Shown piece by piece: positions 24,897-32,000 of a stretch of DNA of 32,000 nucleotides; the first letter of the stretch is position 1, and every line of letters starts with the position of its first letter. Made by a program: the position numbers and the translations under genes. This stretch comes from Pyrodictium occultum. Lineage in GTDB: Archaea; Thermoproteota; Thermoprotei_A; Sulfolobales; Pyrodictiaceae. The DNA lies in contig NZ_LNTB01000001.1 in the NCBI RefSeq assembly GCF_001462395.1, forward strand, positions 1,230,001 through 1,262,000. Direction: 5' to 3'. Under the pieces are notes generated by a model. The model did not search any database, was not told the origin of the DNA, and worked only from the letters and a program-made list of their open reading frames with translations.

Positions 24897-25241
24897 CTAC
24901 ATCACGCCGTGGACGTCGCCCTTAACGTTCTTCCTCTCCTCCTCGACCTTCCTCAGCACCTTCTGAACCATCTCCTCCGGGCTAGCCTCCTCCACATCCC
25001 TCCTATCATCTATCATCACGATGGTGACTACCCGGGGCACACCCATGCTGTAGAGCTCGTCATGCACCATCCGGACTATTGCACCGACCTCACTTAGATC
25101 GCTAACCTGTATGACCGTGGTGTCGGGCGTCACCTCCGGCTTGTAGCCATGCGCCTCTAGGAGGGCAACCACCCTGGCTATGTAGCGCGAGACGCTAGTC
25201 CCCACACCCATGGGCATAACCTTGAGCGAGACTATGGGCAT
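24897..25241 (-). CDS. MTH1187/YkoF-like (UPF0045, DUF77) thiamine-binding-fold protein
   Basis: 114 aa. MPIVSLKVMPMGVGTSVSRYIARVVALLEAHG is typical of the family N-terminus. GGAGGGATAG SD upstream. Confidence 0.78.
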   Translation of the reverse strand: MPIVSLKVMPMGVGTSVSRYIARVVALLEAHGYKPEVTPDTTVIQVSDLSEVGAIVRMVHDELYSMGVPRVVTIVMIDDRRDVEEASPEEMVQKVLRKVEEERKNVKGDVHGVM

Positions 25242-25509
25242 CCCACTATCCCTCCATCAAGCCAGCCCCAGGGGCCCGAGGGGAGGTGCGGCAAGGCCTC
25301 CCGGGCTTAGCCCGGCACTAGAGGAGGCATAGCTGATACTTATACCTGCGAGCCTGCCGGAGACACAGCCAAGGAGGAAAGGTGCTGACTACAGCCGAGG
25401 CCGAGCCCTCCCCCGGGGCAATGGGGAGCAACACCTAGTCTGAGCCCCCAGGGCCTGCCCCCTGCTCCACTCCTCCACCATACAGCCCTAGGCAGGTGGA
25501 GCCCAGCCA

Positions 25510-25590
25510 CTCTAGAGCGTATAGAGGCCTACATAAGCTCCACATATGCTCTGTAGCGTATGTAGCCACAGTACGTAGACTCTATAGAGC
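25510..25590. promoter_or_regulatory. Array of paired heptamers/palindromes upstream of pstS (candidate operator plus TATA region)
   Basis: TCTAGAG-cg-TATAGAG (25511-25526), TCTGTAG-cg-TATGTAG (25550-25565), TACGTAG..TCTATAGAG (25572-25589). CTCTAGAG and CTCTATAGAG are perfect palindromes. Confidence 0.4.
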
Positions 25591-25659
25591 AGCGGCCCCA
25601 GTGGGGGACACCCGGACCAAGAGGGACTGCAAAGGACTCGTGGAAGAGAGGTGCTGGAA

Positions 25660-26859
25660 ATGGATAGCAAGACCCTAGGCATAATAGCCGTGGCGATAAT
25701 CGTCATAGCCGTAGCCGCCGCGGGAGCAGCGCTCATGAGGAGCGGCGGTGGCCATACAACCCAGACGGCCACAGCAACAACCACGATTACTACAACAGCA
25801 GCAGCTACGACAACAGCTGCATCCACGCAGCCAGGCACTACTACTTCAGGCGCGGCCGCAGGCGGGAAGATCACTCTGATAGGCAGCGGCTCCACCTTCG
25901 TATGGCCGGCCATGAACAAGTGGATAGCAGGGTTCGAGGCGGAGCACCCCAACATACACATAGAATACACCGGCGGCGGCAGCGGCAAGGGAGTCAACGA
26001 TATACTCCATCACCTAGTGGACTTCGCTGGTAGCGACCCGCCGCTGCCACGCAGCATCTGGGAGAAGCACCGTGGCCAGATACTCCAGTTCCCCGTGGAG
26101 CTGGGCGCAGTGGTGGTTGTCTACAACGTGCCCGAGATAGGCAATACGCAGCTGAACCTCACCGGCGAGGTTATAGCCAAGATATACCTGGGCGAGATCA
26201 AGTACTGGGACGACCCCGCTATAAAGCAGCTGAACCCTGGCGTGGCGGACAAGCTACCCCACAAGGAGATAATAGCTGTGCACCGTAGCGACGCCAGCGG
26301 TACCACGCAGATATTCACAACCTTCCTCTCAAAGACCTCCAAGGAGTGGGCCGAGAAGGTTGGTTCCGGCAAGTCTGTGAACTGGCCCGTCGACAAGCTC
26401 GGCCGCGGCGTAGGCCAGAACGGTAACCCCGGCGTGACCCAGGCAGTACTCAGCACCAAGTACTCGATAGGCTACGTGGAGCTCGCCTACGCGTTGAAGT
26501 ACCACATGCCCTACGCTAGGATACAGAACCCCGCCGGCAAGTTCGTAGCACCCACCCCCGAGACCGTATCAGCCGCCTTCGCCCTGAAGAACCCGCCAAG
26601 CCCGCTTGACGACTGGAGCAATGTTGCAAAGACGTTCATATACTCTAACGCCAGCCCCGACGCCTACCCCATAGCGGGCCAGACCTTCCTGCTGGTCTGG
26701 AAGAAGTGGAGCGACCCCGCAAAGTGCAATGCTATGAAGCAGTTCCTAGAGTACATAGCTACTAAGGGCCAGGAGAACCTGCCACCAGGCTACGCGCCGC
26801 TGCCCCAGGTGCTTAGGAACGTTGTGCTAAAGGCTGCCAGCCTCCTGGAGTGCGGCTAA
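25660..26859 (+). CDS. pstS: Phosphate ABC transporter substrate-binding protein PstS, membrane-anchored with Thr-rich linker
   Basis: GSGSTFVWP, HRSDASGTT and the overall PBP fold pattern. N-terminal TM helix plus linker TTQTATATTTITTTAAATTTAASTQPGTTTSG. I prefer the ATG at 25660 (GAGGTG SD at 25648-25653, 6-nt spacer) to the track's GTG 25651, which lies inside the SD. Confidence 0.9.
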   Translation: MDSKTLGIIAVAIIVIAVAAAGAALMRSGGGHTTQTATATTTITTTAAATTTAASTQPGTTTSGAAAGGKITLIGSGSTFVWPAMNKWIAGFEAEHPNIHIEYTGGGSGKGVNDILHHLVDFAGSDPPLPRSIWEKHRGQILQFPVELGAVVVVYNVPEIGNTQLNLTGEVIAKIYLGEIKYWDDPAIKQLNPGVADKLPHKEIIAVHRSDASGTTQIFTTFLSKTSKEWAEKVGSGKSVNWPVDKLGRGVGQNGNPGVTQAVLSTKYSIGYVELAYALKYHMPYARIQNPAGKFVAPTPETVSAAFALKNPPSPLDDWSNVAKTFIYSNASPDAYPIAGQTFLLVWKKWSDPAKCNAMKQFLEYIATKGQENLPPGYAPLPQVLRNVVLKAASLLECG

Positions 26860-26881
26860 CCCCCCGGGGGGTGCCGAGGGG

Positions 26882-27868
26882 GTGCGGGCCAAGGCTAGAA
26901 CCAGTGCACGCATTTTTACCGAAGGGTTCCTACCCCGCCTCCGCAGCCGCGACGACAAGCGGTTCTTCATAGTCCACATCCCGGTCTCTATTCTCGTATT
27001 CCTCATACTAGCCTCGATGCTCGCAGTGATACTCGTCAAGTCTCTCCCGGTGATACGTCACGAGGGCCTCTCGGTGTTCGTGAAGAACGTGTGGAGAGCG
27101 GTCGAGGACAACCCGGAGAAGGAGGAGTACGGGCTCCTCGCAGCAATATATGGCACAATATACACCAGCGTCATAGCTGTGCTGATAGCGGCGCCCCTCT
27201 CGATAAGCCTGGCAGTGGCGCTGGAGGAGCTGACCCCCAAGAGGCTCCGGGGCCTCGTAGCAACCCTAGTAGACCTGATGGCTGCCACCCCCACGATAAT
27301 CTACGGTGTCTGGGCCATGGTCTACCTGGCCCCGGTTATGAGAAACTTCCTCGACTTCATGTACAGGCATTTCGGCTGGATACCTTTCTTCAGCGAGCCC
27401 CCGGTGACGGGCTATACCATAGCCACCGCGGGCGTCATGCTGGGCATAATGGTTGTCCCATATGCGGCCGCCCTGATAAGGGAGGCGTACTCTATGGTGC
27501 CCCAGCACCTCCGCGAGGCGGCCTACAGCATCGGGGCCACGAGGTTCGAGGTGATCCGGATACTTCTCGGCCTCGTGAAGCCTAGCATAGTTGCTGGCTT
27601 AGTGCTTGCGTTCGGCAGGGCTATGGGGGAGACCGTGGCGGTCAGCCTGGTGGTGGGCAACGCATTCGACATACCCGTGGCGGTCTCGAAACCAGGTATA
27701 ACGGTGTCAAGCCTCATAGCAAGCATGTTCAAGACGGCTAGCTACTACAAGTACATGGAGAGCGCCCTCTTTGCGGGCGGCCTAGCCCTATTCGTGATAG
27801 GCCTGGCGGTGAACGTCATAGGGATGCTCTACATAAGGCGCTGGGAGGAGGAGATCAGCCGTGTCTAG
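26882..27868 (+). CDS. pstC: Phosphate ABC transporter permease PstC
   Basis: 328-aa polytopic ORF with EAA-loop REAAYSIGATRFEVI, positioned after pstS. Confidence 0.9.
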   Translation: MRAKARTSARIFTEGFLPRLRSRDDKRFFIVHIPVSILVFLILASMLAVILVKSLPVIRHEGLSVFVKNVWRAVEDNPEKEEYGLLAAIYGTIYTSVIAVLIAAPLSISLAVALEELTPKRLRGLVATLVDLMAATPTIIYGVWAMVYLAPVMRNFLDFMYRHFGWIPFFSEPPVTGYTIATAGVMLGIMVVPYAAALIREAYSMVPQHLREAAYSIGATRFEVIRILLGLVKPSIVAGLVLAFGRAMGETVAVSLVVGNAFDIPVAVSKPGITVSSLIASMFKTASYYKYMESALFAGGLALFVIGLAVNVIGMLYIRRWEEEISRV

Positions 27869-28730
27869 GGAGGCGCCACGTATAGACGCCTGGAGAAGGG
27901 CTAAGAACGTGCTTGGCCTCGCACTCATAGCCGCCCTGGCCGCGGCGGCTGTAGCGCCCCTCCTCCACATAGTTTACACCGTCGCGGTCAATGGGTACAA
28001 GGCTATAGCCAGGTCTGGGCTCTGGGAGTTCCTAACTGCGCCCCCCAGGCCCCAGAACCCCGAGAACCCCGGCGGCATAGGCCCGGTGCTGCTCGGCAGC
28101 CTGGTGCTGGTCGCCCTATCCTCGCTGATGGGCGTGGCCATGGCGCTGCCGGCGGGCGTTTTAGTGGCCGAGTTCCGCCGCGCCGGCATCTCCAGGCTGG
28201 TGCTGGTGCTCGGACTGCTGCTGGTGGAGTTCCCCACCATACTAATGGGCCTCTACATATACGCTACCCTGGTGGAGCCCCTGGGCACCTACAGCGTGCT
28301 GGCCGGCGCACTGGCATTAGCCCTGGTCATGATGCCCTACGTGATTGTTCATGTAAGCGAGGCCCTCCGCGGCGTGCCCCACGAGCTCCGGGAGGCAGCC
28401 TTCAGCCTGGGCCTCCCACGGCTCAAGACTGTGTACAGGGTTATACTCGGCATAGCGCGCCGCGGCATACTGGTAGGCATACTGGTCGGCCTCGCGAAGG
28501 TGGCGGGCGAGACGGCACCCCTACTCTTCACCCTAGGCGGCACGTATGGCGAGCCCCCCTCGGGGCTGCTTAAGCCCGGGGGCGCGGTGCCCCTTCTTAT
28601 ATACGAGTTTATACAGCAGCCCGGGGACGGCTATCATGAGCTGGCCTGGGGCGCGAGCCTCGTGCTGCTGGTGATAATATTCGCGATAATGATAGCGGCG
28701 AGGATGCTAGTGAAGGAGGTGGAGCTCTAG
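27861..28730 (+). CDS. pstA: Phosphate ABC transporter permease PstA
   Basis: 289-aa polytopic ORF with EAA-loop [15 protein letters not shown]. 8-nt overlap with pstC. Confidence 0.9.
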   Translation: MSREAPRIDAWRRAKNVLGLALIAALAAAAVAPLLHIVYTVAVNGYKAIARSGLWEFLTAPPRPQNPENPGGIGPVLLGSLVLVALSSLMGVAMALPAGVLVAEFRRAGISRLVLVLGLLLVEFPTILMGLYIYATLVEPLGTYSVLAGALALALVMMPYVIVHVSEALRGVPHELREAAFSLGLPRLKTVYRVILGIARRGILVGILVGLAKVAGETAPLLFTLGGTYGEPPSGLLKPGGAVPLLIYEFIQQPGDGYHELAWGASLVLLVIIFAIMIAARMLVKEVEL

Positions 28731-28731
28731 C

Positions 28732-29493
28732 ATGGCCGGCCCGGTGCTCCGCGTAGAGAACCTCAACATATGGTATAGCGAGAAGCATGTCGTGAAGAAC
28801 GTGAGCTTCGAGGTGCCGGACCGGAGCGTGTTCGCCCTAATGGGCCCCAGCGGCTCGGGCAAGTCGACGCTGCTGCGGGCGCTCAATAGGATAATCGACC
28901 TCTACGAGGAAGCCAGGGTGGAAGGCCACGTATACTTCGACGGTATCGACATCTATGCGCCGGACGTCGATCCCACCTGGGTGCGCCGCAGGATAGGGAT
29001 GGTGTTCCAGCACCCCAACCCGTTCCCCCACCTGAGCATATACGATAACGTGGCCATAGGCCCCCGGCTCAACAGGATGGTTAAGAACAAGAAGGAGCTC
29101 GACGAGCTGGTCCGCTGGGCCCTAGAGAAGGCCTTCCTCTGGGACGAGGTGAAGGATCGCCTGCACGTGCCGGCTGCGAAGCTCAGCGGCGGCCAGAAGC
29201 AGAGGCTCAGCATAGCCCGTGCCCTGGCGCTGAAGCCCCGGCTGCTCCTCATGGATGAGCCCACGGCCAACCTGGATCCCGTGGCGACGGAGAAGATAGA
29301 GGAGCTCGTGATAAGCCTGAAGAAGGAGATACCGATAATCATAGTGACTCATAACCCGCAGCAGGCAGCCCGGATATCCGACTACACCGCATTCCTCTAC
29401 ATGGGCGAGCTGGTCGAGGTGGGGCCGACAAGCAGGGTGTTCACGGAGCCCCGCAGCAAGCTGACCGAGAGGTATCTGCTCCGCCAGATCTAG
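28732..29493 (+). CDS. pstB: Phosphate ABC transporter ATP-binding protein PstB
   Basis: Walker [10 protein letters not shown], signature LSGGQKQR, Walker B LLLMDEPT and the PstB-typical [10 protein letters not shown]. The start is 1 nt after the pstA stop. Confidence 0.95.
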   Translation: MAGPVLRVENLNIWYSEKHVVKNVSFEVPDRSVFALMGPSGSGKSTLLRALNRIIDLYEEARVEGHVYFDGIDIYAPDVDPTWVRRRIGMVFQHPNPFPHLSIYDNVAIGPRLNRMVKNKKELDELVRWALEKAFLWDEVKDRLHVPAAKLSGGQKQRLSIARALALKPRLLLMDEPTANLDPVATEKIEELVISLKKEIPIIIVTHNPQQAARISDYTAFLYMGELVEVGPTSRVFTEPRSKLTERYLLRQI

Positions 29494-29630
29494 CCCCCGG
29501 GGGGCTCCGAGGCAGCCCCCATCCCTCACCCGGGGCCTCCGCTCCTGCACCGTCTCCAGCCGCGGCCCCCGCGTTGTACAAAGACCTGGCGTCTTGCACG
29601 CGGCTCCTCCAGCCCAAGTACGCCCTAAGG

Positions 29631-29638
29631 TTAATAAT
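29631..29638 (+). promoter_or_regulatory. TATA-like box for the large secreted-protein gene
   Basis: TTAATAAT lies ~40 nt upstream of ATG 29678 in an otherwise GC-rich spacer. Confidence 0.35.
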
Positions 29639-29677
29639 GCGCGTACACCTCGGTCGCTTCGAGGTGTTTCCCGGGAG

Positions 29678-32000
29678 ATGAATGCACGATTAAGGGCGCC
29701 CAGAGCTGCTCTCCTCCTTCTGGCAGCCACCCTGCTGCTGTCGGCATCTATAGCCGGTATAGCCAGGGCTGAGGACCCCAGCAAGGCGGCCGGCCAGTAC
29801 CCCGCGGAGCCCCTGGCGGGGCAGCCCGTCATAGTCTACTACCCGGCCGGCGGCCCCGGGGCGGGTAAGGCCAGTGTCGAGGGCAGCATACTCATCAATA
29901 TATCAGCCGGTGTAGAGGTGGCTAAGCTCCCCGGCTGCAGGGGCTCGGCGGAAATAGATGTGACCGTCCGCCTTGACAATGGGGAGCCTGCATCGAACGC
30001 GCTCCTCCTAGTGGAGAGCGCCAGCACCGGCGAGGTCTGCAGCGCCCGGGCGAGCCTTAATGGCTACGCGGCCGTGAGGGCGGGCAAGCCCGGCGAAGCA
30101 TTCAAGGTCTACGCGTTCTACGATGCCGATGGCGACGGGCTCTACGAGTACGTGGGCTCGGGCAGCGTCGGAGCGGCACAGCCTCCCACGGCCATCCAGA
30201 AGGTGGAGATCACAGCCAGCCCGGTGATGAAGGCTATAGAGGAAGCTTTTACGGGAGCTAGCTCCACCGAGCTGAAGATGCCCTTCTCGGTGCCCATGGC
30301 CCCCATAGGCGGCTACTATGTTGCCCTGATGCCGGGTCTACCGGCCTTCAACACTAGCCTGCCAGACAATCTATTCAAGTACATACTCTACAAGCTTGAC
30401 CTCTACGACCTTAGAGGAAAGGTGGTTAAGAGCATACGGGTAATATTGGACTCCCGCGTGGAGTACAACGTGCTTGTGGACGGCAAGACGGTCTACAGCA
30501 ACAGCTACAGGGTAAAGCCCCTCAAGCCTGGCGCTGAGCTGGCCGACCTCCCGCCGCTCGTGCTGGCCTTCGCGGGGAAGCTGCAGCTAGCAGCAGGCCT
30601 TCGGGGGGAGGAGGCGCTCGGGCTCTCGCCAAGGGGCTGGAGCTACCCCGGCTTCAGACCGCTGCCGGTGACCGTTATAGCGGTGGATGATAGGGGCCTC
30701 AGCGGTATCGGCCTCTACGTCTCGGTTAACGGCGGCGACTGGGTGAGGCTGGGCCTAAGCGATTACCCCGGCACCTCCGCCCTGCTCGCCGGGATGCGGA
30801 GGCAGTGCGGCAGCCTAGTGTTCCTGGTCAACAAGTTCCTCGAGGGGTTCAGCAGCATCCTGGCCCCTTTGGCCAGGGGCTCCCCCTACACCACATGCCC
30901 CGACGTGAAGGCCATGTATGGGGAGATACCTGGCCAGCCCCCCGGCAGCTACGTGCTCTTCAGGGCGGAGGCGAGCGACGAGAGCCACAAGGGCCTCAAC
31001 TCTGTCACGAGCCCCGCAGGCCTCTACTACGTCTACAACAGCGACTCGGATAAGACCGTGCTGGTAGTGGACCCCAGCGTGCCGCTCTGGCTGGCCAAGT
31101 ATAACGCGGCCCGGCTCGCCTTGCTCGCCGGGAGCAGCCTGGCCAGGGGCCTCCCCTTCCTCTCCGCCTATCTCGAGGAGGCCCTCAGCCTGCTTAACGC
31201 CTCCAGCCGGCTCGCGCCGCTGCTGGTGTTCCACCACTGGGAATACGTGGGCGCCAGGTACCGCCTCGTAGTGGTTACGAGCATCGACGAGCTGCCCGAG
31301 GCGCTAGACGAGTACAAGCCGGACGCAATTATCCTGAGCAACCTGTGGCCAGGCCTCAGCGCCACGGGCTCCAGCGTTCTCGACTGGGATCTCCGCGACC
31401 ACCCTAGGGCGTGGAGAGCCCTCGTCAACTACATCGAGGAGAACCACGCCGGCCTCATAGCCACGCATGCGACCCTCAGCGACCTGGTAGTCTGGCTCGG
31501 GGACGGCAGGAGGGTCAAGGTGATGGCCCGGGGCCATGCAGGCTACACTCTAAGCGACTCGCTGGACTCGGGCTCGCTGGCGGCCATGCTGGGCCTCCGC
31601 CTCATCCCGGTCTACGAGCAGCTCCGCGACACGGTGGCCGAGACCCTGCTCCAGTACGGCTCCGGGGACTCATTGCTGGCGGCACTGGGCCTGCTCCTGG
31701 GCTCTACGCCGCTTCTCTACCCGTGGGTGCCCTGGGACGGCAGGCTTGTGGCCACCGACGCGGCCAAGCAGATGGGCTGGAGAGTACCAGACGAGCCCGT
31801 GGTGGTGCCTAACCCGTATATGGAGGCCAATGCTAGCATTAAGGCATACACCCTTGTGGGCTGGCAGCTCGGCCTCCCTCAGGCCGGCGGCTGGACGGTG
31901 CTGAAGCTCCTGCCCAGGCTGGTGGGGGAGTCGAGGGCCTACTACCAGCTGCTCGACAGCCTGGTGGCCAACATTACGGGGCGCATGGCGCCGGCCTGGA
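29678..32000 (+). CDS. Large secreted/surface protein, function unknown (5' partial view; continues beyond window)
   Basis: Not in the ORF track because no stop is reached. By my translation the frame is open from ATG 29678 to 32000 (>770 codons). Signal peptide MNARLRAPRAALLLLAATLLLSASIAGIARA|EDP. Several N-x-S/T sequons. TTAATAAT box at 29631-29638 and GAGGTG at 29661-29666. Confidence 0.7.
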   Translation, partial: MNARLRAPRAALLLLAATLLLSASIAGIARAEDPSKAAGQYPAEPLAGQPVIVYYPAGGPGAGKASVEGSILINISAGVEVAKLPGCRGSAEIDVTVRLDNGEPASNALLLVESASTGEVCSARASLNGYAAVRAGKPGEAFKVYAFYDADGDGLYEYVGSGSVGAAQPPTAIQKVEITASPVMKAIEEAFTGASSTELKMPFSVPMAPIGGYYVALMPGLPAFNTSLPDNLFKYILYKLDLYDLRGKVVKSIRVILDSRVEYNVLVDGKTVYSNSYRVKPLKPGAELADLPPLVLAFAGKLQLAAGLRGEEALGLSPRGWSYPGFRPLPVTVIAVDDRGLSGIGLYVSVNGGDWVRLGLSDYPGTSALLAGMRRQCGSLVFLVNKFLEGFSSILAPLARGSPYTTCPDVKAMYGEIPGQPPGSYVLFRAEASDESHKGLNSVTSPAGLYYVYNSDSDKTVLVVDPSVPLWLAKYNAARLALLAGSSLARGLPFLSAYLEEALSLLNASSRLAPLLVFHHWEYVGARYRLVVVTSIDELPEALDEYKPDAIILSNLWPGLSATGSSVLDWDLRDHPRAWRALVNYIEENHAGLIATHATLSDLVVWLGDGRRVKVMARGHAGYTLSDSLDSGSLAAMLGLRLIPVYEQLRDTVAETLLQYGSGDSLLAALGLLLGSTPLLYPWVPWDGRLVATDAAKQMGWRVPDEPVVVPNPYMEANASIKAYTLVGWQLGLPQAGGWTVLKLLPRLVGESRAYYQLLDSLVANITGRMAPAW

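Noticed and set aside
25651-25653. GTG proposed by the ORF track as the pstS start (likewise GTG 15514-15516 for speH and GTG 2011 for the SWIM gene)
   Set aside because: In pstS and speH the GTG is part of a GAGGTG/GGTGA Shine-Dalgarno that is correctly spaced before a downstream in-frame ATG. For the SWIM gene the GTG would overlap the rpiA 3' end, whereas ATG 2059 does not.
1-32000. Looked for CRISPR arrays, IS/transposase, integrase, toxin-antitoxin pairs, restriction-modification or other canonical defence genes, and rRNA/tRNA genes
   Set aside because: I found no regularly spaced direct repeats, no transposase or integrase motifs and no PIN, HEPN or methyltransferase genes. Apart from the items flagged above, the window reads as core chromosome.

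Overview
GC-rich, very gene-dense archaeal chromosomal segment. The gene content (aIF-2 beta, NMD3, Dph6-like PP-loop ATPase, PAC2 proteasome-chaperone homologue, DUF424/DUF373/COG1340-type archaeal families, SpeH), heavy AGG/ATA codon use and frequent GTG/TTG starts point to a hyperthermophilic crenarchaeon (Thermoprotei, Desulfurococcales-like). This is recognition by eye; no search was run. I call 35 protein-coding genes. Two are absent from the supplied ORF track: a 51-aa AbrB/SpoVT-type ORF (9531-9686), and a large signal-peptide-bearing ORF that starts at 29678 and runs off the right edge. A complete pstSCAB phosphate-uptake operon (25660-29493) is the only obvious multi-gene pathway. 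I saw no rRNA, tRNA, CRISPR array, transposase/integrase or prophage gene. Most noteworthy: (i) a SpeH pyruvoyl-decarboxylase gene flanked by an MtaD-like amidohydrolase and a PNP/MTAN-fold protein; both appear to have lost canonical catalytic residues, and the PNP-like gene heads a small operon with a translationally coupled helical ORF and a membrane protein. (ii) A 1043-aa YprA/MrfA/DrmA-type SF2 helicase with no Cys4 zinc module and a ~350-aa unassigned C-terminal region. (iii) A phosphohexomutase gene whose conserved N-terminus lies upstream of any ATG/GTG/TTG, directly behind a GGAGGTG Shine-Dalgarno. (iv) An array of paired heptamers and palindromes in the long pst leader. (v) A CitG-like/amidohydrolase gene pair with no acyl-carrier partner. 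All functional calls rest on motif recognition and need HMM or structure confirmation.
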